DNA of 64,000 nt from Prasinococcaceae sp. CCMP 1430. Lineage: Eukaryota > Plantae > Prasinodermophyta. Shown one piece after another: positions 32,897 to 43,399 of the stretch. The notes under the pieces are model-generated. The model ran no database searches, was not told the origin of the DNA, and worked only from the letters and a program-made list of their open reading frames with translations. Within the stretch, counting starts at the first letter, position 1; every line of letters begins with the position of its first letter. The translations under genes and the position numbers were made by a program. Location of the stretch: NCBI GenBank assembly GCA_013416795.1, contig RQSC01000015.1, positions 229,696-293,695 of the forward strand, given 5' to 3'.

Positions 32897-34132
32897 GACA
32901 ACGACAGCAACAGCGGAAGCGCCGCCAGCAGCAGCGTCCCTCGAAGGGCGAGCAGTGTTGTCCGATGTGTGGCCAGGTGCTCGTGGCGCGCGCATTTACA
33001 CGCCACGTTGCTTTATGCGCGCCTGAGACCTTGGATCCGGAGGGTTGGGAGGCCAGCGGCCGCGATGCGGTCGCCAACTCCGTGGTCGCGCGCCATCCGT
33101 CTGCGCGCTCGCTTCCGCGCCGGGTGCTCGCCGCACGATTCGGCCTCGCATCTGGTGGCGGCTCCCCCGCTACGGCGATGCACCCCTCTGACGTCGCCAG
33201 GCAGCTGAGCATCGACGTGGAGACAGTCGTTGGCATCATCCGCAGCGAAGTACGCGCGGTGCCGATTGTCTCGGACCAAAGCGCGCCGCTTGAGGTGCTC
33301 TTAGACGACCAGTGGCTTATGGCCGTGAACAAGCCTCCGGGGGTGCCGTGCACGCCACGCAGCCGCCTCGCGGGCGGGAGTGTCGCCAACGCGGCCGCCG
33401 CACGCATGGACGGACGCGAGCCTCATGTGCTCCATCGCCTGGACCTCCAAACCTCAGGCGTCTTGCTCTTGGGCAAGCATCGCTCGGCGGCGGCAGCGGT
33501 CATGCCGCAATTCGAGCGGCGTGCGACCACCAAGGGGTACATCGCGCTGTGCCGTGGTTGCCCCACGGCTGACGCCTTCTCGGTGGACGTGCCCATTTCG
33601 CGCGTCGATGACACTGCACGCTGCTTGCGCTCCACTCGGGGCGGCGTCGACCCAAAGCAGGCGAGGACCGACTTCGAGGTGCTGGCGCGTGCTCGCGGAG
33701 GTGGCGCGTGCCTGCTGCTGTGCCGACCGCGCACGGGGCGCACACACCAGATACGCCTGCACTGCGCGCACGTGGGCAACCCCATCCTGGGAGATGAGCT
33801 ATACGACCCCAACTGGAGCGCGGGCGAGGACGCCGTGCTCGGCGTGCGATTTGCGAGGCACATGCTGCATGCGGCCACGCTGGCATTGTGCGTTCTCGCT
33901 CGAGCGAGTGAGCGAGGCGCGCGCGGCTTGCGGCGGCCCCACACACGCATCCGCTTGAGTGCGCTGACGCGCGCGCGCGCTCGCGCGCTCGCATTTCGCC
34001 GTCCTGCCTTACCTCAGCGACCACCCGGGATCCGCCCTGCGCGTGACGGTCGAGGCGCCGCTCCCCGAGGACATGCTAGCGGCGTGCGCCCAGCTCGGCG
34101 TCGACGCGGCCGCTAACCCTGTCGAAGCATAG
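32614..34132 (+). CDS. RluA-family pseudouridine synthase with RGG, polyQ and UBZ-like N-terminus; exons 32614-33887 and 34018-34132
   Basis: VNKPPG, catalytic HRLDLQTSG, TGRTHQIRLH..HVGNPILGDELY and LHAATLAF|DHP. The 130-nt intron at 33888-34017 has a GCTGAC branch. Confidence 0.88.
32866..32892 (+). repeat. (CAG)9 coding trinucleotide repeat (polyQ)
   Basis: In frame with the RluA ORF. Confidence 0.9.
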
Positions 34133-34446
34133 ATTCATACCCTAATTCGTTGTTTCGGTATCAGTTGAGTGCAGGCCGGTCCCGGATGTGATCCTGTTCG
34201 AAATCGGGCATCCCACAACTCGGCAATTCCGATGGCCACCGGCGGGTGCGCGCGCGCGCAGGCTGTTGGCTGGGGCCACTCGGCGCGCGGGGCGCGGGGT
34301 GTTGCGGGGTGGGGCGCGGGCCGGAGGGGCGCGTGGGCAGAGGGGAAGGGCGACGGGAAAGGCGGGGACGAGGAGAGGGCTGCTGCCCGTGGCGGGCGGC
34401 GCGCGGCGCGATGGGCGCGCGCGGGCGCCTCGTGGGGGCGCCAGCA

Positions 34447-35748
34447 ATGCACGACGCAAGCGAGCGAGCGGCCGCAGCGAGCGACTTTCAGCGGCTGCTC
34501 GAGGCGACAGTGCCGACGGTGGAGTGCGAGGCGCGGGGGGCGCAGGAAGCGCAGGAGAGGCTCAGGCTGAGGGACCTGTGGGTGCGTCGCGCGGCAGGCG
34601 CCACGCGGGCCTGCGCGCATGCCGAGCGCCGGTGCGCTCTCGAGGCGACGCGGGAGGCAGTGCATGCGCCCTAAACCACCACATGCGGTCGCGATGCGTG
34701 CGCGCCGCGCGGTCCACCTCAGCCATAGCTCGGTGGGCTCCGCGGCGGGCGAGTAGGACGCTCGTGTTGAAGGCTGACGCGCCGCGCGCGCCGCGCCGAC
34801 ACTCATCCCCGCTCCCCTCCTCCACCACCACACACGTACACACGCACACAGGCCACATACGCGAACGCGTCGGCGAACGGCCGCCCCGTTGAGTTGGCCG
34901 ATGGGGGCTGTGCGTACTTCGTGCCCTACCTGAGCGCGGTGAGGCTCTTCGCTGGGGGGCGTGCGGCTGGTGGCGGCGGGCGCTCGGAGTCGGCGGGCGC
35001 GGAGGCGTTGTACGAGTTCTCAGAGACGCAGCCGCCACAGCTGCGGCCGCCGCTGTCGGAGCGCGCGGAGAAGCTCGCTGGCTCGCCGGCGGGTGCACTC
35101 GAGGAAGGCAGCGGCGGCGATTGCGCGGGCTACGAGAGCAGCGGCGGCGGGCATGGCAGTGCGCCTCGAGCAGCGAGCTCGCCCCCCCCCGGTGCCGCCG
35201 ACGCCTGCGCGCGCGACGAGGCGCCGGGCGCGCACGCAGCGGGCGACCACGCGCTGCTCGAGACGCGGCTGAGTGACGTCCACAGAGAGAGCTGGTACGC
35301 GGTCGCGTGGTACCCCATATACCGGATCCCTGAACGGCCTCTGCGTGCGTGCTTCTTGACGTACCACCAATTCATGCTGCTGCCCGGTGAGGGCGGGGGC
35401 TGGGAGCTGCCTACGGTGGGCGCGGTGGCAGCCAATACCGCGAGCGAACCAGGGTGGTTCGCGGGGGGCGGCGTAAACACGGCGGAGGAGATGGCACGGG
35501 TGCGCGAACTCGCGGCTGCCGCCGACGCCATTGCACGGCAGGGCCCCGCCGGCTGGCGGCACGCCGACTTTGAGTTTTTGTGCTCGCGCGGCACCGCAGC
35601 TCACCAACTGCCCGTGGGGGGCAAGGAGGCCGTGAAGGCCAGCGGGGCGGCGAGCGGCTCACGCAAGGCGGCTGGTGGCAGCACTCGGCGCGAGAGTGCC
35701 AGGCAGCAGCTCTCAACGAGCAGCTTCTGCAGGCAGGCGACCATGTAG
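34447..35748 (+). CDS. DUF789 plant-family protein; exons 34447-34581 and 34852-35748
   Basis: FQRLLEATVPTV, LRDLW|ATYANASANG, YFVPYLSAV, LYEFSETQPPQLRPPL, SWYAVAWYPIYRIP, ACFLTYH and HADFEF. The 270-nt intron at 34582-34851 keeps the frame. Confidence 0.88.
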
Positions 35749-36175
35749 CAGCGATTGGGCCTGGCACTCGCGCGATGCTTCAATTCATTCGTTAATAAAC
35801 GGCGCGACATTCCGCCATCTTCCTGTGTGCGTGCGGCGAATTTTCTTGCGCGCGGTGTGCGCGCACATTCGCGTCTCCATGCGATCGACGCGGTTGATGT
35901 GGGCTTGGCGCAATCTTGTGTGTGTGAAAGACAGTGGGCATGCAGTCCTCACCCGAGTCTTCAGTGGGTTGAGGTGCAGCGCTGCTTCGCTTGTTGTGAT
36001 CATGCATGCAAGTGTGCAGAGATATGACGGGGACGAGGCGAATTGGATGCGTGCAGTCATGCGAGGTAGTACGAACGGCTTCGCCGGTCGCGGTGTAGGT
36101 GGCCTGGTGGTGCTGGATCGAGCGCGAGCGGGATTCTCCATCCCATGAGGCCACGCGGCCGGTACGTGGTCTTCA

Positions 36176-38676
36176 TCAGAATGCGGCGGCAACGGCGCTG
36201 GAAGCGTTGTTGGAAGGAGCACGTCCAACCGCCGCGCTCCCAGCGTCGGGTGATTCGGCTACGTGGCCGCGAGCGACACCGCAGACAGGAGCCTCGCAGG
36301 TGCGGGCAGGCGCGGCGGCAGCGCTCATGACCAAGCTTGGAGACTGTTTTGATGATTCCTCTTGCGCCACCGCGAAAGGCTTGAAAACGTGCTCGAGCAG
36401 GGACTGGCGGATGGGCAGCATGCCCGGAAATTCGGCCCACAGCTTGCTGGCGTCCAGCTCGTTGTTGGAGCGACCAGCCTTGATGACCTTGGCCTGCTCA
36501 TCGACGGAAAAGACGGTCCAGCTGAACGAGGGGTCGACGAAGTCGCGATAGAGCTCGAGGACCTGTCCATGCGAGATGGCCCCTGGATTGGTGAAGTTCC
36601 AGACGCCCGTGCGGCCGCTCTGTGCGAGAGCGAGCGCGTACGGCAAAAGCTCCGGCAGGCACGTCATGCTATTCGGGATGTCCACCACCTTGGGGTAGTG
36701 GGCGATCTTGTAGATGAAGTTGCGCTTGTTTGAGGTGATGTCACCGTCGATGGGCATGCGCACGCGCAGCGTGAGCACGTTGCTGTAGCTGCGGAGCATC
36801 TTCTCGACGTAGCCTTTGGTCAGCGAGTAGAAAGACCCGGAGAAGTTGGCCTCGTCTTCTTCGCTGAAGGTGAGCGACGCGTCCTTTGCCACGAGCGTCT
36901 CGATATCGCGCTCCACGTCCTGGGGGTGCTGCTCATCGTAGTGGAAGATGCAACCCGTGGCGAAGTTGGTCAGGTGCACTCCTGCCCTGCGGCATGCGTC
37001 AGCGAGCGCGAGCGTGCCGACGACGTTGACTTTGATCACATCGCCCTTGTGCGTCTCGCACCAGTCGACGTTGGGCCTGCCCGTGAGGCCAGCGGCGTTG
37101 AGCACGTGGGTGCATCCCGAGCGCGCAATCTCGGCGGCGACGTCGGCGGGATTCTCTAGGCGGCTCGCGGCGTACTCGTATGCAACACCCTCCTCCTCCA
37201 GCAGCCGGCCGAGCATGCCACCGATCCATCCGGTGCGTCCGAAGACGAGGAACTTGGGACCGTCCTCGTCGGCAGCGCGCGCACTGGCGCCTGCTGCTCG
37301 AGTCACGCTGTCGGCGTTGTCGGGATCGTCGATGTCGGCGGTGCTGCGCCCACCTAGGTCGCTGAGGTGGCCAGACGACATGATCAGCTTCAGCTCGCGC
37401 TGCTTCATGGTCGCGGCGGACTCGTCCTCGGCGGCGGCTCCGGGAAGCCGCGGGTGGGCGACAAGCACGCGCTCCACACCGCCGATGCCCCAGTGGTCCT
37501 GCGCGGGTCTGCTCATGTACCAGTCGATGGTCTTCTTGAGGCCCTCCTCAAATGGTGTGCGCTGCTGCCAGCCCAGCTCGGACAGCGCGGACGTCTCGAG
37601 AAAGTAGCGCATGTCGTTGAAGGCGCGGTCCTCCACAAACTCGATCATGTCCGCCGGGTCGGCGTACGGGCACATGAGCCTTACGATGCTCTGCACGACC
37701 TCGAGCACAGTCTGCTCCGCGGTGGTGCCGATGTTGATGGTGCTCCCGGTCTTGGCGCGGTGCAGCACCACGTCAAATGCCTCCGCAACGTCTTCCACGT
37801 ACAGGTACGAGCGCTTGTTCACGCCGGAGCCGTGGATGGGCAGCTTGAGCCCGCGCGAGGCCATGGTGATGATCTTGGGGATGAGTTTCTCCGGAAATTG
37901 CATGGGGCCGAAGACGTTGTTGCCGCGCGTGATGACAGTCGGCAGTCCGTACGAGCGGGCGTATGCTTGCACGAGCATCTCCGCGGCCGCCTTGGAGGCC
38001 GCGTACGGGTTGGTGGGACTCAGCGCGGCGCTGTCCTCCTGGTTGACGTCGGACATGTCGTCGTAGCTCATGTTCTCGCCGTACACTTCGTCAGTCGAGA
38101 CGTGCACGAAGCGAAGGATCTGCGAGCCGCAAGCGCGCGATGCCTCGAGCAGCGTGTGTGTGCCAGCGACATTGTTCGCGGTGAAGGCCAGCGAGTTGCC
38201 GAAGCTGTTGTCGACGTGCGTTGAGGCGGCGAAGTGCATCACGGTGTCGATCTGCTCAGTCACGAGGACGTGGTACACTGTGCGAAGGCTCGCGCGCGTC
38301 AGCATCATCCCGAAGCCCTCCCCCGCACGCCGCGCGTTCGCATGATGTGGTGCTCGCGCATTTTTCCAGCAGAAAGCGAGAGAATTTTGCGCTCCGTGCG
38401 CGTAAATTGCCACGCACCGAGATCGCTGGACTGCACGTCGCCCTTGATGAACTTGAAGTTGGGGCGGCCGACGACAGCGTCGAGGTTGCGCGGCGACGCG
38501 CAGTAGTCGAGCTTGTCCAGCACAACCACGCGCATCTGCGGGTAGCGGGTGGCCAGCCGTGTCGCAACGTGCGAGCCGATAAAACCCGCGCCGCCCGTCA
38601 CGAGCACGCGCTGCGGCGAATACTCATTCCGCGGGGCTTTGCTTTCCGTCGCAATGGGCGCGCCGTCGTCGGCCAT
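36176..38676 (-). CDS. RHM: Trifunctional UDP-L-rhamnose synthase (4,6-dehydratase + 3,5-epimerase/4-reductase), about 786 aa; exons 38676-38418 and 38277-36176
   Basis: First domain has VTGGAGFIGSH, HFAASTHVDNSFGNS, HVSTDEVYG and YAASK. Second domain has VFGRTGWIGG, GRPNVDWCE, TGCIF, YSLTK and LRVRMP. 140-nt intron at 38278-38417. Confidence 0.93.
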
Positions 38677-39402
38677 CGTGGAGGCCGCGCGCGCAGGTCT
38701 CTTCGCGGGAGAAGGGAACCAAGGGGAACTTCGGCGAGCCTGCCGCCACGCTTGCCGGGGGAGGGTGGGGGGCGGGGGGACGCTGTGTGGCGCGGCCCCG
38801 CGGTGCGGCGGTCCTTCGCTTCGTGTGTGTCTGCCGCGCGCAGTTCCGATTCTGATTCTGTGCGGCGCGCATGCGATTTGATGGCCCCGCGAGAGAAAAC
38901 CGCGCCGGCGGCGCGCGCGCGCTTTCTCGCGCGCGGCGCCGCCGATCGATCGCGGTTTTCGAGTTTCGATCGCTCCCTCCGCCGCGCGCTCTCTCTCTCC
39001 CTGTCGCTTTCGGCTGGCTGGAAACATTGATGCAATTTGATGGCGAACGGGGCGTGTCGAGCCAACGGCCGAAAGCAACGACGGCCGCCGCAGCCATCAC
39101 AAGCGTTTTTTGAGTTGCACACTAGCAGCTGACGTGGCACTGGCGTGTTCCCTGAGCGATGATGATCGCTGCGGCAGCGCGGGACCGGGAGCGCGCCGCG
39201 TGCGCAGTACGCAAGCTGTCGATTGCGATGCCGCCGGCGCGCTGACCGTGAGCGCGCTGGAGTTAGGGAAGGGGCCAGGGGGGAGGGGGGAGGGGTGAAG
39301 CTGTCGTCGCTAATGCCTACTAGGGGTGTACCACAACGCACACGTGGCACGTGCTGCCCCTCTGTCCCGAGCGGCCCTCTCTCGGCACGCCGCGCGCACA
39401 GG

Positions 39403-39774
39403 ATGACAGACTCCGCCGAGAGGGACTCACGCAAAGCTGCCCACGACGCGCTCGGTGGCGAAGAGTGCGAACCCGACCCTGGTGCGGTGGCACCGCCCCC
39501 GTGCGATGGCACGGCGGCCGAGTGCTCTGAGAGGAGCGGGGAAGGCGTGGCCGGTCGAGGCGCAGCATCGCACAGGCTCGCAGACGACCCGTGCACCGTT
39601 TCCGGGAACAAGCACGGCGCCGAGATGCGCCCGACTGTGCCTCACAAGACCCCGGCGGAGCTCGAGGCCATGTCCGTGCACGATCTCAAGGCGTGGGTCG
39701 TCGGCAAGGGTGGGAGCACGCAGGGATGTCTCGAGAAGAGCGACCTGCTCGACGTGGCCCTCGCGTACGTGTAA
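39403..39774 (+). CDS. Small protein with C-terminal SAP-like/ARMET_C motif; possible upstream exon
   Basis: LEAMSVHDLKAWVVGKGGSTQGCLEKSDLL matches the SAP-like pattern. TGTAA overlaps the stop. An acceptor-like CACAG precedes ATG 39403. Confidence 0.55.
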   Translation: MTDSAERDSRKAAHDALGGEECEPDPGAVAPPPCDGTAAECSERSGEGVAGRGAASHRLADDPCTVSGNKHGAEMRPTVPHKTPAELEAMSVHDLKAWVVGKGGSTQGCLEKSDLLDVALAYV

Positions 39775-40190
39775 GCTGCTTTCGAGGCTCGACCCCAGTC
39801 AAAAGAGAAACGGCCGGCGCCCGGGCTAAGGAGGGCTTGGGTTCGGGCTTTCTGGAGTTAGGAGTGGTCCACACGACGACGAGTGCAAAAAGGAAGCGAT
39901 GCCCTGCGGCATGCAGCGTGAATTGCGTTTTAGAAGAGGTGTATCGCCACGGCCTGGGGCATGGAGAAGGAAAAGAAACTTTATGTGAGACGCCCTCGCA
40001 TTTATGCGTCTCTAGTGTGCATTGCTCTCGCAATGATTCAGCACCGGTCGGCGCGCGCCCCCTCTCTTGTGCCTCGCGTAGCCTCAGAAGGTACGAGGCG
40101 CGCGACACCACGGCAGCCTGGCTCGCGACGCGAGCACACTGTCGTGGCCTCGCCAAACACGAGCGAACGTTGCAGCGGCTGCTCGAGCTG

Positions 40191-41029
40191 CTAGATGTTC
40201 TCTTGGTTGTACCCGTACACGTTGGCCGCGTGCCTCTTGGCCGCCTGGCGCTTCTTGAAGTACGTGAAGCCGAAGTAGCCGCCCGCGAGCACAACCACGA
40301 TAATGAGAAGGATGATGAAGAGCCTGCCGGCGGTGAACCAGCTCGAGCTCTCCTCGTCCTCCTCCTCCTGGCAGAGCGAGCTCGCGTTGATCTTGACTTC
40401 CATCTCACCACCAGTCGAGTTGAAAAAGTCGGCATGGTGAATGCACAGGTGCTTCACCAGAGTGGCGTTGGCGCCGGTGGGCTGCGTTACCTTGATCTGC
40501 GCCAAGACGTGCTCCTTGGCCTGCGGCGGCATCGATGGCGTCGAGGTCTCGTTGGGGTTGCCAGGGAAGATGGCGCTCAGATACTCACCATCTGCAATGC
40601 CAACGGCCATGCCATCGGCGGTCGCCTGCCCCCCGTAAATGATGCCCTTGACCACTGCGATGGTGAAGTGCGCGAGGCAAATAGGAGAGGTGTCAGCGAA
40701 AAATGGCTGTCGACGAAACGCGCTCATAAAAATACATTTCTACGCACGCGCGATGGACCTCCGGGCGCACCTTCACCCGCCGTAGTGTTGCCGACGTGCA
40801 CGTGCATCTTCCATGACGAGATGGCCGCCGCAGACTTAAAGCTCACCGCGCAGGTACTGTTACCCTTGGCGGGGACGTACTTGCACAGCCCGAGCGACAC
40901 ACCCCCTTCAGGTGCGTCCGGCAGGTCGTGGTGCGACTCATTTCCCTGCTGCGCGGACGCGAGCGCCGCGCAGCCGCATGCGATCACCACGGCGAGGCCG
41001 AGGCCACAGAATGCGCGCGAGCGCGCCAT
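40191..41029 (-). CDS. Unknown type-I membrane glycoprotein, 240 aa; exons 41029-40771 and 40654-40191
   Basis: Signal peptide, multiple N-x-S/T sequons, a TM helix followed by KKR and a short tail. The 116-nt intron at 40655-40770 has a GCTGAC branch and restores the frame. Confidence 0.8.
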
Positions 41030-41715
41030 TGCCCCTAGCTTTGGGCGCAGCCGGCAACAGGAGCCTCCCCTGCGCGCGGCACGCGTGCAGAGGTTCGGTC
41101 AGCTGCATGCTCGAGCGGGACCAGAAGCGCCGCGAGTTGACCTAACTAGCTAGATCTTTTGCGCCCCCACTATCAGACCACACCCGCCTACGGCGCTCGC
41201 CTCCTCCGGAGGGGGGGGGGGGGGGCTCGCACCTCGAAGCGCGCCGGCAATGACGGTCCCAGCGGTCGCGGGGAGGGCTCTGCTCGTGCGGTGCTGCGCG
41301 AGGCGCGCCCCGTCCGTGCTGGCGCTCCTCCCCCACACGTGTGGAGTGTGGCGCGCGCGCATCTCGCGGATCTCACGGTGCGCACAGAAAAGGCCATGGC
41401 CAAAGGAGAATGAGTGGGCGCCAAAAAACACGGGCGGATCAAAAATGTGATCTTTTTCAGCCAGATCTATTCGCACGGGGGAAAAAGTCTGAGGAGTGGA
41501 TTGGGTGCGCCGCGCGTTTTTCTTCGAAGGTGGTCACAGGCATTGTGTACCGGCGCGACGGCCGTTTGAAATTTCGCTGGTCCGTCTGTTGACAGATCGA
41601 GCAATGAGAGCCTCTGGATAGCGCGGCGCGTGCCGTGGCCTGCAGGCCGGCACGGGCGCGCGAGCAGCACATCGCGCGCGCCGCGGGTGCTGCTGCGTGG
41701 CTACCGTCAGCGGCG

Positions 41716-43228
41716 ATGCCGCCACGGGCGGCGGCGCCCCCCCCCCGCGCGCTGGCGGTGGCGGCGGTGGCGCTGCTGGCAGCGGCGCGCGCGGTGGCCG
41801 TGGGAGAGGGGGCCGCAACGCAGGACGCATGGCACACCGCGGCTGTATACAACGGCACCGCTCTGAACCCCGAAGGCGCTTACGGGGCGCGCATACCTGA
41901 CAGCAGCGACCCCAGAGGATACTTCATCAGCACTGGGTACGTCGTCGACGGCCGAATGCGGAAGCACGCACCGCCCAAGGACGCGGGGCGCGCTGCTGCG
42001 CTGACCGAGTGGTCCGCGCCGAATGGGGAGGAGTGTCGCATGCGTGCGGAGTTGAAAACGGAGCTGGTCGGGCTCAGAAGAGGCCACGCTCTCCTCGAGG
42101 CCCGTGCCGATGGGCGCCCGCGGATGCTGCCCCCGCTAGACGGCCCGTGCTGCCCCCGAGACGCACTTGGCCTCTGGGCAAGGTCCGTATATTACATGTC
42201 CAACGCAAGCGTCGCCTTCGCTCTTGTTCCCAAGTCGGCGTCGAGCTCCCTCAAGGTGTTGTTAAAAACAAGCTTCGGGAGCGACCTTAGCACAGTTCGC
42301 TGCTGCAGGCAGGGCAGGCCGCCGGACGACGTTCTTCGCGCGTGCATCTTGCGCGATCCCGTTGAACGATTCATATCGGGCTTTTACGAGAGCATGCTTC
42401 GCGCGATGGCCAGAGGTGGACGAACAATCTTGAAAAAGGGCAAGCGATTCCTAGCCGCCGCGAACACCTTCCTATCCGCTCGGTGGCTATACGACGACGT
42501 GGTCGTCAAGTACGACAGCATAGACGCATTCATGCTCGAACGCAACGGCGCCGCTTTCAAGGAGGCCCTCGAGCGGTACGCCCTGGAGAACTACGACCCC
42601 ATGGACCCACTCGACGCTCACATGCTGCCGCAGGCCGTCTACGTTGCGTCGAGGTCCGATGGTCGAGGCTACGATTTTGTGGGCTACGTGGACACCCTCG
42701 ACGATGACTACGACACATTCCTTTCGCTCGCGGGGCTTCCGCCATTTGACAGGCAGAGGTGCGCGTTTCCGTGAGCTGACCCGCGTTGCCGTCCGATATC
42801 CCCACGGCGCTGCAGCAGCATTTTCTGACAGCCACGCGACCTCGCACGTCCCGCGAAATCAACGCTGCCACCGTGTTTGCCGACATTGTACGTGACTCGG
42901 CGGTGCGCGCGCACGCAGCAAATTGGATCCAGGCTCAGGCTGTGGCCAGGAAGAGGACGAAGAGTGCCACAAGCGCCACGGACAACACAACCTGACCCCT
43001 GCGGACCTGCGCCCTGAGGTCGTAGAGCGAATATGTAGGGCTCTGTATATGGTACGCCGCGATTGCGCTGCCGCGTCGCGTTGCATGAATACGCCAACTA
43101 CTGCTGACACTTGCACGGCCCGGACGGCGGTTCGCGTCTCACGCACGCGGGGCGGCCCGCAGGATCACACATGTCTCGGGTTGACGTCGAAGTGGTGCCC
43201 GCAGTGGACGCACGCGGGCAGCGAGTAG
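41716..43228 (+). CDS. Golgi-type sulfotransferase (Sulfotransfer_2 family); exons 41716-42758, 42919-43051 and 43163-43228
   Basis: Signal anchor, 5'-PAPS motif VPKSASSSLK, 3'-PAPS motif RDPVERFISG, HMLPQ, YDFVGYVDTLDDD and C-terminal ICRALYM|DHTCLG. Both GT-AG introns keep the phase. Confidence 0.8.
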
Positions 43229-43399
43229 CAACAGAGCGGCGGAGTGCACGTAAAAGCGAGGCATAGCCCCCAAACAACTCCTATCATCCGCTCCTCTTAC
43301 GCCATCGAAGTCTACTGCAGGGTTGCTCGCGTGAATTAGGCCAAGCAAAGGCCCTGCGCTCGCGGTGCAGTGCTTTGCGTGCGCGCGTGCGTGCAGTGG

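Noticed and set aside
35750-36170. Hairpins and ATGA...AA motifs in the DUF789/RHM convergent UTRs (SECIS or snRNA?)
   Set aside because: There is no complementary helix with a GA quartet, neither gene has an in-frame UGA, and there is no convincing Sm site or structure.
42893-42895. In-frame TGA after a Cys-rich stretch in the sulfotransferase region (selenocysteine?)
   Set aside because: It falls inside the phase-consistent intron 42759-42918, and no SECIS was found.
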